From NCBI GenBank assembly GCA_050951585.1, contig JBMNJI010000005.1, positions 16,206 to 80,205 of the forward strand: 64,000 bases of DNA. Direction: 5' to 3'. The notes beneath the pieces are model-generated. The model searched no databases. It was given only the letters and a program-made list of their open reading frames with translations, and was not told where the DNA came from. The stretch's first letter is position 1. The number at the start of each line of letters is the position of its first letter. Position numbers and translations under genes: made by a program. Source of the stretch: Peptococcia bacterium. GTDB taxonomy: Bacteria > Bacillota > Peptococcia > DRI-13 > DTU073. Below are positions 9,591 to 19,906 of this stretch, piece by piece.

Positions 9591-10673
9591 ATGAAAACTG
9601 ACGTCAAGGAAAGACAAAGAAAAATTGAAAGAGAAATTAATGGGAGGATTTCGCTGGGGGGTATTTTACGCAGCAGGATTTCGGCGTTCGCCGTTTCGGC
9701 GCTGCTGGTTCTCAGCCTGACAGGGTGCGCTTTGGGCAAAGCTCCGGCTGAAGCAGGCGGGAAAGGGGGCGAGGCCCAAGAGGTGAAGCTGGGGATCATC
9801 CAATATGTGGAGCATCCGTCTCTGGATAGTGCCCGGCAGGGATTATTGGATGTTCTGGCGGAAAACGGCTATACAGAAGGAAATGGGCTTAAAGTCACTT
9901 ATCGCAATGCGCAAGCCGATATGCCCATCGCCCAATCCATTGCCCAGCAGTTTGCGGAGGATAAACCCGACCTGATTCTTGCCATTGCTACGCCTACAGC
10001 GATGGTTATGGCCAATGCGACCAAGGACATTCCCATTCTGATTACGGCGGTTACGGATCCGGTTGATGCCAAACTTGTGCAAAGCATGGAAAAACCGGGC
10101 ACCAATGTCACAGGGACTTCCGACTATATTTCCATCGAGGAACAGATCCTGCTGGTCCAAAAAATCGTGCCGGGGGCTCAAAGATTAGGGCTGATTTACA
10201 ATAACGGCGAACAAAACTCGGTTGTGCAGGCCCAGGAAGTGAAAAACATTGCCGAAAAGCTGAAAATGCAGGTAGTTGAGGCCACTCCCAATAATTCCAG
10301 CGAAGTATTGCAGGCAGCCCAGTCATTAATTGGCAAGGTTGACGCTATTTTCGTCCCAACTGACAATACGGTAGTCTCGGGTCTGGAGGCAGTGATCAAA
10401 GTGGCCAATGAAAACGACATACCTTTGTTTACCGGCGAAAGCGATTCCGTCAAAAGAGGAGCCTTAGCCACTATCGGGGTGGACTATTATGCGTTGGGAA
10501 GAAAAACGGGTGAAAAGGCGCTGCAGGTAATTAACGGGGCCAATCCAGCCACAATCCCGGTAGAGAAGCAAACGGATTATTCCATCAGTATTAACCTGAA
10601 GGCGGCGCAGGAAATGGCGATTGAGATACCGGAGGAGATTATCCAACAGGCCAAGGAAGTATTTAACGAATAG
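9591..10673 (+). CDS. ABC transporter substrate-binding lipoprotein, COG2984 / ABC_sub_bind family
   Basis: GGGAGGAG RBS, then ATG 9591. Lipobox LSLTGC. The family-typical KLGIIQYVEHPSLDSARQG motif is present. Confidence 0.85.
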   Translation: MKTDVKERQRKIEREINGRISLGGILRSRISAFAVSALLVLSLTGCALGKAPAEAGGKGGEAQEVKLGIIQYVEHPSLDSARQGLLDVLAENGYTEGNGLKVTYRNAQADMPIAQSIAQQFAEDKPDLILAIATPTAMVMANATKDIPILITAVTDPVDAKLVQSMEKPGTNVTGTSDYISIEEQILLVQKIVPGAQRLGLIYNNGEQNSVVQAQEVKNIAEKLKMQVVEATPNNSSEVLQAAQSLIGKVDAIFVPTDNTVVSGLEAVIKVANENDIPLFTGESDSVKRGALATIGVDYYALGRKTGEKALQVINGANPATIPVEKQTDYSISINLKAAQEMAIEIPEEIIQQAKEVFNE

Positions 10674-10797
10674 GAAGATATTATGAGAAAAACAGCTTGC
10701 GCGAAGGATAGTTTACTAAATTGAACTAATTATCGATTGATTGAAAGCGAGAATGAGAGAATGAGAGAAAAGACAGACAGGATTGGGGGTATCAGCA

Positions 10798-11688
10798 ATG
10801 TTCATCAATATCAATCTGCTTCTGGGGGCTACTGAGCTTGGGTTAATTTATGCAATTATGGCCCTGGGGGTTTATCTCACTTTCCGTACCCTCGATTTTC
10901 CCGATTTAACGGTTGACGGAAGCTTTACGCTGGGGGCTGCTGCGTCGGCGGTGCTTATTGCCGGCGGGCACAGCCCCTGGCTGGGCTTGCTTCTTGCCCC
11001 GGTGGCGGGGATTTTGGCAGGCCTGGTGACAGGGCTTTTGCATACCAGGTTTAAGATTACGCCGCTTTTGGCAGGCATACTGACAATGACGGCTCTTTAT
11101 TCGGTTAACTTGCGGGTGATGGGAAAGGCTAATGTGCCTCTTTTGGGATTGCCCAGCATCTATGACACCCTGACAAGAGGCGGGCTTTCGGAGAAATACG
11201 CTGTTTTAGCTTTCGGTGCCGGTAGCGTTGCCCTGCTAGTGTTCTTCCTTTATTGGCTTTTTCAGACCGAATTGGGTTTGGCCTTAAGGGCAACCGGGGA
11301 TAACGAAACGATGATCAAAAGCTTGGGGATAAATGGCAACAGCATGAAGCTGCTGGGGCTGGGGCTCGGCAATGGCTTAGTCGCTTTAGCGGGCGCGGCC
11401 ATTGCCCAGTTTCAGGGCTTTGCCGATATGAGCATGGGCATCGGGATGATTATCGCGGGTTTAGCTTCCGTGATTATCGGCGAGGTTTTGCTTGGCTCCC
11501 GCTCCCTGCTGCGGGTGTTAATCGCCGTGGTGGGCGGGTCCGTCGCATACCGCGTAATTATCGCTATTGTCCTAAGATTGGGTTTTCAGGCTACAGACAT
11601 GAAAATGCTTACTGCCGCCCTGGTGGTACTCGCCTTAACCGTACCGCGCTTTAAAAGCAAGCAGCAATACGATTCTCTCAGGAGGTGA
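10798..11688 (+). CDS. ABC transporter permease (partner of the COG2984 binding protein)
   Basis: Polytopic hydrophobic protein lying in the same operon between the binding-protein and ATPase genes. Confidence 0.8.
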   Translation: MFININLLLGATELGLIYAIMALGVYLTFRTLDFPDLTVDGSFTLGAAASAVLIAGGHSPWLGLLLAPVAGILAGLVTGLLHTRFKITPLLAGILTMTALYSVNLRVMGKANVPLLGLPSIYDTLTRGGLSEKYAVLAFGAGSVALLVFFLYWLFQTELGLALRATGDNETMIKSLGINGNSMKLLGLGLGNGLVALAGAAIAQFQGFADMSMGIGMIIAGLASVIIGEVLLGSRSLLRVLIAVVGGSVAYRVIIAIVLRLGFQATDMKMLTAALVVLALTVPRFKSKQQYDSLRR

Positions 11689-11692
11689 TCTT

Positions 11693-12469
11693 ATGTCGGA
11701 ACTGGAAATAAAGCAGGTGACGAAAGTTTTTAACAAAGGGACGATTAATGAAAAAACAGCTTTGGACAATTTGAGTATCACTTTAGAAAAGGGCGATTTT
11801 GTAACGGTTATTGGCAGTAACGGCGCCGGCAAATCCAGCCTGCTGAATGCCATTGCCGGCTCTTGGCCGGTCGATGCGGGCAGAATCTGTCTTGCCGGGC
11901 AAGATCTTACCGGTCTTCCCGACTATCAAAGAGCCGCCTATATCGGTCGGGTCTTCCAGGACCCGCTGCTGGGGACGGCCGCCTCCATGACGATTGAGGA
12001 AAACCTGGCTCTTGCGGCAAAACGTGGGATGCGGCGCGGCTTAAGAAAGGCCCTGTATTTAAGTAACAGGATGAAAATGAAGGAGGAATTGGCGAAACTG
12101 GGGCTTGGCCTCGAGAATCGCCTGACTACACCGGTGGGGTTGCTGTCGGGCGGCCAGAGGCAGGCCCTGACCCTTTTGATGGCGATCTATCAACAACCGC
12201 AACTGCTGCTTTTAGATGAGCATACAGCGGCGCTTGACCCCAAAACCGGGGAGATTGTGCTGCATCAGACGAAAAGCATTGTGGAGAGCCTTCAGCTTAC
12301 AACGATCATGGTTACGCATAATATTAGGGATGCGTTGAAAGTAGGCAACCGCACCATTATGATGCATGAAGGCCGGATTGCCCTGGATATTTCCGGCCCC
12401 CAAAGAGCAGCAGATGACCACTCAGGAGGTCTTAAGACTATTTGCCGAGAACAGGCGGCAGTCAACTGA
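11693..12469 (+). CDS. ABC transporter ATP-binding protein (the 3' end appears frameshifted)
   Basis: Walker A GSNGAGKSS, signature LSGGQRQ, Walker B LLLLDEHTAALD. Alternative frames after ~12400 (C5 run) read ...KEQQMTTQEVLRLFAEN and ...SQLNNDRMLLVN, a typical family C-terminus. Confidence 0.85.
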   Translation: MSELEIKQVTKVFNKGTINEKTALDNLSITLEKGDFVTVIGSNGAGKSSLLNAIAGSWPVDAGRICLAGQDLTGLPDYQRAAYIGRVFQDPLLGTAASMTIEENLALAAKRGMRRGLRKALYLSNRMKMKEELAKLGLGLENRLTTPVGLLSGGQRQALTLLMAIYQQPQLLLLDEHTAALDPKTGEIVLHQTKSIVESLQLTTIMVTHNIRDALKVGNRTIMMHEGRIALDISGPQRAADDHSGGLKTICREQAAVN

Positions 12470-12639
12470 ACAATGACCGGATGCTGCTGGTAAACTAGGC
12501 TAGTAGTGTAGTACTGAGTACTGTACGGTTAATTAGCTGGGAAAGTGACGGGTAAGTGATGGAGGAAAGCGGGTCTAATAAAGTGATATATTTTCCATCG
12601 GACATATAATATAATATTCGTAATAATATATAAGCTTCC

Positions 12640-13590
12640 GGGCATCCATTCCAGCAGTTCGTTAGAGGGGGCAAACCGACCGCCGCATCGGCACATTTTT
12701 CGAGGCTGGCACGCGCATACCGGGTCAATGGGACCCTTAACGGCAATAAATTGGAGTTTTATATTGATTTTAATAAACCCGGTTTAGCCTATGGTGAGTT
12801 GCGGGGCAACAAATTCACCGCTTATCTTCCTAAGGATGATCTCAATTTCATGGCCGGTGAAATGGAGAAGACCAACCAGGAGAAATTCGGCTTTTATGCG
12901 ACCAGGGAAGACTACTTGGCTTTGATACTCCCACCCTGAATCAATTAAGCTATTCTACTATCGTAGGCTCCTGGAAGGTTGATTATGGTGACGGTGAGGG
13001 TGAGTTGAAGGTTAATGCTCCTGTTTCAGGTTCGGGAAGTTTCACCGGCACTTATACGGACAGCAACGGTTCGCTCCAGTGCCGTAACCGGCAAGGTGCA
13101 GAATAATTTTCACAGCGTAAGCTTTTCCTTTACTACTGCCGCCGGAGGAAACGCAAACGTTCACGGGAAATATCCATACGTGGAAAAAAGGGGATTATCT
13201 CCGGTTATACTACGCTCAACAACCGCAAATACGGGTTTTGTGGCAACACGTTTTAACACTACGATTTAATGTGGGGCTCTTTAACGGCTCCCAGCAAACT
13301 TGAGGCTGTTGGTGGCGCCCAGTCCATTACCCTGACCTGGCAGGACAATACCTTGGATGAAAGCAAATTTGTCATCGAAAGAAAGGGCGGCGACCCCCTC
13401 CCCACCGAGTACAGCCAGATCGCGACAGTTGGGGCCGAATGTCACTACTTATACTGATACCGACGTCGGGCGGCTTTCCCAATACACTTACCGGGTCAAA
13501 GCGGTAAAGGGAGCCAGTTCTTCTGTGTACTCTAATGAAGCAAGTGCGTCTTTAACCTTAAGAACGCCCTCCGTCACACTTTTACGCTGA
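12640..13590 (+). pseudogene. Decayed remnant of a secreted protein ending in a fibronectin type III domain
   Basis: Several short ORFs in different frames. The FN3-like sequence ITLTWQDNTLDESKFVIERKGG... / GPNVTTYTDTDVGRLSQYTYRVKAV is split by a frameshift. Confidence 0.4.
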
Positions 13591-13737
13591 CGGCTGACGT
13601 TTAGCGGGCTGAACCCAAAACATGAAAAACACCTCGTTCCGCTTTTTTGATATGCTACCTAACATATCATTTTTCCGTGGAGCGAGGTGTTGATATTTTG
13701 ATAATAACTTCATTATCCCATCGACAATTCCAAGGGG

Positions 13738-15315
13738 CTATTCTCTTTTGGTGGCCCGGGTTGTTGAGCATCTGATCTTCTCGAACATTCGATAAGAAAC
13801 CCCATCATCAACTAATATTGTTGGGAGCATATTGACCAGTTGAAATAATGAAGCCTCCTTCGATAATAGATTAACTTCGTTCTTTTCGGCGTGACCCAAA
13901 AGATAAAGGAAGGCAAAAGCAGGGATTCGCAGAAGCTTGCCGCCGTTAGGTGTATGGTGGATGCCGTAATCGTCAAACCGCTTGGTAACAACAATGGCGG
14001 TGCCAGCCTCTGCGCACAGGTCGCAGATTGCATCATTATCCAGAATCGGCGCGTGTTCCCGGTACTTTATTTCAATGAGCATTTTATTGGTCTTTGGATA
14101 GTCCACAACAATGTCAATTTCCTTGCCTTTTTTTCCTCCCCGGTAATAACCGACTCGCGCCCCCCTTTGCTGATAAAATGCCGCCACATGCTTATAAACA
14201 GCGGTTTCCACCAGCCTTGCCCATTTCTTCAGGCACGGTCAAAATATCGTCATCCATTAATACGGCATTCTGATCGCAGCATCGGCAATATAGATTTTGG
14301 GCTGGGCTTTTTAACACTTTTTGGCCGCTCATTTCTACCGGATAGCTCAGATAGATTAGATTAGCACTTTCCAGGTACCGAATGTAGTTTTCCACCGTCG
14401 GGCGGGAAACACCGTGCAATTCTTTGGCGATCGCCTCAATGGGAAACGATATTGGAGGAGACATTACAAAGGTATAAGAAAATACGCTCCAGTTCAGTCG
14501 AGTTGCGGATATTGTAAAGAGAGGGCAGGTCACGCTTGAGTACCTTATCTACACACATCTTCCCGCATCACCTGCTGGGCCAGTAAATCATTTGTGGCAA
14601 GAGCCCAGTTCGGGGAAACCGCCACTTGCAGGTATCTTACAAAGTGGTTTTTGAACCGGGGACAGCTTCATCATCAGCGCAGAACGCTCCTGCTGGGTCA
14701 TTTGCAGCAAAGATGGGGGGCTTATTATTTGCTCAGCTAATATTTCTTGTATCCCGATTAAGGAGCAATATTCATAAAAAGGAAAGAGTAGGAACCTGGA
14801 TAACACTCCAGCGCCCGGTTCCACTCTCGGTACTTACCTTTGATTAATACAGGGCTGGCCGAGCCAGTGGCGATATCACTTTGGTCTCCGGCTGGAGATC
14901 ATAGATTGTTTTGAGCCACTTATCCCATTCCGCAGCATACTGAATTTCATCAAAGAAATAATAGGCATCTTGATGTGGCGTAGATATTCTCGTGGTAACA
15001 TTCCAGAATTTCATTAAGGCGCTTAATTTCAGCATGGGATGATCCATTGAGATAAAGACAATCTGCTGTGGATTAACGCCTCGTTTTGAGCAGAGTTTCT
15101 ATCATTTGATATTGGATGGTGGTTTTCCCGACCGGCGCGCCCCGGTCAGCACGATGTTTCTTCTGATGTCGGTTTGCTCAAGACGCCTGAAGGCTTTCGT
15201 AATAAGCAATTCGTTTGAATTCCTTTGTGAAACCGGGATGAACTATCCCTGTTTTCCACCAGGGGTTAAAAGCGGCTAATACCTTTAAAATTCCCTCTTT
15301 TGAGGTAATTGCCAT
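13738..15315 (-). pseudogene. AAA_14/DUF4143-family ATPase, disrupted by several frameshifts
   Basis: On the minus strand, ATG 15315 follows a GAGGTGA RBS. The N-terminus reads MAITSKEGILKVLAAFNPWW.., and a Walker A (LTGARRSGKTT) follows in a shifted frame. Fragments 14844..15047, 14588..14824, 14192..14533 and 13738..14211 are collinear with the intact paralog at 25016..26317. Confidence 0.7.
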
Positions 15316-15550
15316 TGGTCTCACCTCATTTCATATTTTAATCATAGGGAAAACTTTTATCTTTGTCAATATATATTATAAGTATACTTTAAATGATTTA
15401 TACACATTTTAAAAGTTTGGGCACAAAATTTCAAAAACAGGTTAGCCGGAAAAATTTGCACGAAATAATTGGGTAATATTGACATTACTAGAGAAAAGCA
15501 ATAAACATGATATAACAAAAATAAAAGAAAAATTATAAAGGGGAGTGTGA

Positions 15551-16290
15551 TTGTTAAACATGGAAAGGGAAATCTGCAAAAAGGGAATCTTCAAAAAAAG
15601 AATCGGGGTCTTCACTTTATGTGCTGTCTTCATCTGTGGGGCTAGTTTAGGGGCAATTGGCGCAATCCCAACTGCAAGAAGTAAAAGCGTAACATTAATC
15701 ATGAGCTGAAATTGAAGCTAAACGGCGTAGATTTTGTCCCCAAGAGAGCAGACGGGACGATTATGCCGCCCGCTCACGTACAATGGCAGTACCCTATCTG
15801 CCGGTGAGGGCAATTGCGCAAGCTTTATCCGTTGCCGTGGATTATGATGCTGCTTCGCAAACAGTATATATCGGGGAAAAAGGCAGAACTCCGCTGGAGA
15901 GCAAGCACTTTGATCATCTCTGGTGCCTGTCAGCTTAGTTTTGACCAAAGCCAGCTTCTGGTGAACGGGAAACAGTATCAGTCGGGCATCCTTTATACCG
16001 GCAAAGATGGATATGCCGAGATGGGGGGCTTGTGCTGCCTCAGGGACAATTCCAGAAATTTGGCGGGGTAGCGTGCCTGCAGGATAACGTTAATACTGAT
16101 GATCCTACGGAAGAAGTGACGATTAAAATCAGAGAAAAGGATCAATCGGCCGGGTGTTGAAAGAACTGAAAGTGAAAAAATGGTGAGTCTATCGCTTTTG
16201 AGGTTGATATTCCGCAAATCCAGCAGCTCTATGTGCAGAACTTGATATATGAGCGGGTACCAAAGAATATCGCACCCGGATATCATGGTG
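15551..16290 (+). pseudogene. Decayed secreted protein with a copper amine oxidase N-terminal-like (stalk) domain
   Basis: Signal peptide (..GVFTLCAVFICGASLGAIGA) followed by LKLNGVDFVPKRADGTIMPP..VRAIAQALSVAVDYDAASQTVYIGEKG. The sequence is broken by stops and frameshifts. Confidence 0.45.
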
Positions 16291-16353
16291 ATTGCTGATC
16301 CATATTTTTAAATAAGCGGGATCTAAGTTGTGGAAAAGTAAAGGAGTGGTAAA

Positions 16354-18686
16354 GTGTTAACCAAATTGAGGAAGAAATTTGTTTTCTTCTGGCTCGTTTT
16401 CGCTTTGGTTTTGTGTTTCTTCGCGGTGCCTGTTTTTGCGGCAGGAGAAACTACGATGTCGGGGCATATCAACAACAGGCAATCTGAATTTGACGGTACG
16501 CAAAGTCAATGGGCCGAAGCAGACCTGCGGGAGGCCTATTCCCTTGGACTGACTTATGACCAGGTCGAGCAAAATTATCAGCGGCCGATTACCCGCGAAG
16601 AATTCTGCGTGATCGCGGTGAAGCTTTATGAAAAACTGAGTGGGACCATCGCAATTCCAGGGAACAATCCGTTCGTGGATACGACAAATCCGGAGATTCT
16701 GAAGGCTTATGCCGTTAGAATAGTAAACGGCACGTCCGCGAATACTTTTTCACCTTCAGCGAGCATTACCGTCAAGAGATTTGTTGTATGATCCTAAATG
16801 CCTTAAAGGCAGCTCAAACCAAACCTTGATGCCAGCCCCCGGCAGCGATTTTCCTTTTAATGATGCCGGTGAAGTGGCTTCATGGGCTCTCAATTCCATG
16901 AAATTGCCTATCGCAACGAGATAATGAGAGGAACAGCAGCGGGAATCATTTCTCCGTTAAGTAATACGACGCTGGGAACAGGCGGTTATCCTGTTAAAAC
17001 GTACTACAGCAAATATGTCGGAAATAGTCAGTCCCGGAGCAAGGAGCGCTTCTTGAGAATCTCGACATCAATGATCTTTATGCCAAGATGCAGGAGCACC
17101 GTTCACCAGGGATCCGCAGGCGAATAATAACAACATCCATCCGTCCTTTTCCGCCAATGCTTCCGGTGGGGTATCGGTGACACCAATAACGGGATTGGGG
17201 ATTATTGGTGATTTGCAGCCGAACATTGGGACCCCCTCACTGGGCGAAGGCTCATCCGCATTAGATGAGCTTTCCTCGGGGTTCCCACTTAAACCAAGTG
17301 AATATGATCTTGCGGGTATAGATTATCTGGGCAGGGGCTATAACATTATTACCGGGAAGTATGCCGATGGCAACAGTGTCAATGATTATGTCCTGAGTAT
17401 TAACAAGCTTTTAAACAGCCAACGGGTCTATAAATTAGATGCCAGTGCAAGTGACAGTCGGTTTGTCAGGGGAAGCAGTGTCCATAAATATGCCGAGCAT
17501 ATGGCCACGTCAATTGGCGTCAGCGGAGGATACCTTTTCTTTAGCGGAAGCGTGACAACAAACTTCAGTTCCTCCTCATTAACGGAAACTAATCGGCAAT
17601 ATGCGACGCTGATCTATGAGGCGCCCCAATATTGTGTTTACTTTGATGACCGGAATTTGAATTTCAGTGACTTTTTAGATCCGGCTTTTAAGCAGGCCGT
17701 TAACGATCCCAATGTGAAACCGGCGGAGCTTTTTGAGTTTTACGGCACTCATGTCCTGCGGTCTGTCAGAATGGGCGGGCGTCTGGAGTATAACGCTACG
17801 GCCAATAGTACCTATAACAGCCAATCTCATAATTTTGAGCAGGATGTAAAGGCTTCCTTTAACGCTCTATTCGCTTCGGCGGGAGTCAATGTACAGAATA
17901 GCAGCAGTACGACCAGTGAAGCATTTACGCAACACTGTGAGACCAAAATTAAAGCTTATCCGGCCTATGGTGCCGGGGATTTCAATCCCGCAGCTTTCCA
18001 GCAGTGGTTTAACAGCCTCCAGACAAAACCGGGGATTAGCGATTTTGGGCCCAGACCCTTGATCCCGATTTATGAGCTGGCCTCCACCCCCGCCAGACGG
18101 CAACAGCTCAAACTAGGTTATGAGGAATATGCGGCTAACCATCAATATATTCCGGCCGCAGTGGTCCACTGCATTACGGGATTCGCCTGCACGCTTATAC
18201 TGTAGCTGATGCTTTGAGCAATAATATTCCGGCGTTTATGTGGATCCTACTACCGGTCAACCTGGAAACTGGTTTCCAATATTTCGCCGCACATGATGCA
18301 ACCGGGTGATACACTGCAACATATTTATGTACGGGAAGGAGCCAGTGATAATGCCCAAAATCCACCGGTTGTGGCTGTTTTCCTGGTCAATGAAACCCAG
18401 GGGGAAAATGCGCAAACTATCTTTAAGCATTTTTGGGGGAATGATCCACGGCCCGCCTTTGGGAGTTGGAGCGGAGCTTCCGCCCAATTCCGGACTGCAG
18501 AATTATGTGAGCGCCTTGCCGGTTGGAGATAAGTTGAAGCTCTACTATGTGACCAGCACCAACGAACGCCCAATCACCCAATTGCGCGTAAGGCATATAG
18601 GCAGGGACGGGAAAACTTATTATTTCCCCAGTAATACGGAGATGGATTCATCCTTTTATACGGTATTTGACGCGGGTCGATCATGA
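16354..18686 (+). pseudogene. Surface protein with signal peptide, SLH-like repeats, a MACPF domain and a C-terminal domain; at least 6 frame breaks
   Basis: ORFs 16354..16791, 16882..17127, 17177..18205, 18293..18532 and 18306..18686 join into one collinear protein only by switching frames. Confidence 0.6.
17177..18205 (+). CDS. MACPF (membrane attack complex/perforin) domain segment
   Basis: MACPF signature YGTHVLRSVRMGG ([YW]-G-[TS]-H-x-x6-G-G), plus the N-terminal LGRGYNIITG motif typical of MACPF domains. Confidence 0.75.
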   Translation: MTPITGLGIIGDLQPNIGTPSLGEGSSALDELSSGFPLKPSEYDLAGIDYLGRGYNIITGKYADGNSVNDYVLSINKLLNSQRVYKLDASASDSRFVRGSSVHKYAEHMATSIGVSGGYLFFSGSVTTNFSSSSLTETNRQYATLIYEAPQYCVYFDDRNLNFSDFLDPAFKQAVNDPNVKPAELFEFYGTHVLRSVRMGGRLEYNATANSTYNSQSHNFEQDVKASFNALFASAGVNVQNSSSTTSEAFTQHCETKIKAYPAYGAGDFNPAAFQQWFNSLQTKPGISDFGPRPLIPIYELASTPARRQQLKLGYEEYAANHQYIPAAVVHCITGFACTLIL

Positions 18687-18836
18687 AGGGTGAATTTAAG
18701 CCCCAGGACTGCGCGGAGGGAACTCCCGACAGTTTCGGCCTTTTCGGGCTTCACAGATTTACTTTCCTGGAGTATTCGTACGAGTAATAGCCCATAGCAA
18801 GACAAACTGGTAAGTGTTTACTTAAACAAAGTGCAA

Positions 18837-18887
18837 AGCCATCGGTCGGGAGTAGTGAGATGATAGTGCCCGGCCGGTGGCTTTTTT
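18837..18887 (+). terminator. Rho-independent terminator
   Basis: Stem AGCCATCGGTCGGG / CCCGGCCGGTGGCT followed by T6. Confidence 0.6.
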
Positions 18888-19394
18888 ACCGATGGCAGCT
18901 ACCGGGGAAGAAAATAAAGGAGGTTGAAATATTTAGTCGAATATATTTTAAGAAGTCAAAAAATAGGTAAGAGGGTCGCAAAATGGAATTATTGCAATGT
19001 AATAAAAGAGATTAATCCCGACTATTTAAGGTTCGTTAAAGGATTTACAATAAATATCCCCAATATAAGGATAGTTCAACACCTGTTTTAAAGCAGTTTT
19101 TGTACAAGCGAGGAGCTTTTTGCAGTCGTCTGGAAATTACGCTATGATGGTAAAAAAAGGCAACAAAATTATTGCAACTTGCATGTATATCATTTCCAAA
19201 AGCTATGAGAAGGTACTGCAGGTTGCTTTTTTTTGACCGATGGATTGTTCAGCAGAAGATCGTAGCGAGTGGTACCGGATAGACGAGTTGCTTAGTTCCC
19301 TTTGATAAAAGGCTTTAATGTTCCCTCTTCAATATCCTTCAGGACATCCTGCCATACTTCCTCCGCATCCCCAATGATGACACTGTTTTTATAT

Positions 19395-19701
19395 TCTTAC
19401 CCCAATCCCCGGAACGGTCTTCTATCATGAAATGAAGAAGCAAAAGAGGATCTACAATGAGGAGATCTATTCTTATAATGGAGCCGAAGCGGTGCATCTG
19501 CCGAAGAATATGACACCGGAGGAGTTGACGGAGGCTTATTGGACCCTGTATAGGAAAGTATTTACATATAAAAACATTCTGCGGAGAACGATCCTGCATC
19601 GAGGTTTTTTCAAAAAACCTGGAAATTGCTTGTTTTATTTTACCGTCAACTTGTATTATCGCAAGCAGATCAAGGAACGGATAACCCCCAATATTATTTA
19701 G
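19395..19701 (+). pseudogene. C-terminal remnant of a B12-binding-type radical SAM protein
   Basis: ILTPIPGTVFYHEM.. / ..MTPEELTEAYWTLYRKVF resembles radical SAM C-terminal regions. No intact N-terminal part exists, and the upstream 19.0-19.4 kb reads as out-of-frame fragments. Confidence 0.4.
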
Positions 19702-19906
19702 AAAACCTTGTTACGCACCAGCCCTAAATATACTACTATAAGATCATACTATTACGAATGTAGGCAATATTCATTATGGTATAATGTTATGTAGTAAATT
19801 AGTATTTTTGTGGGGGGTAATGAACAGAACACGCTGGCAAATATAAAAAAATCATATTCCGGATACAACACCAGGAAAATTCGGATACAGGGAGGAGAGG
19901 CTTAAG

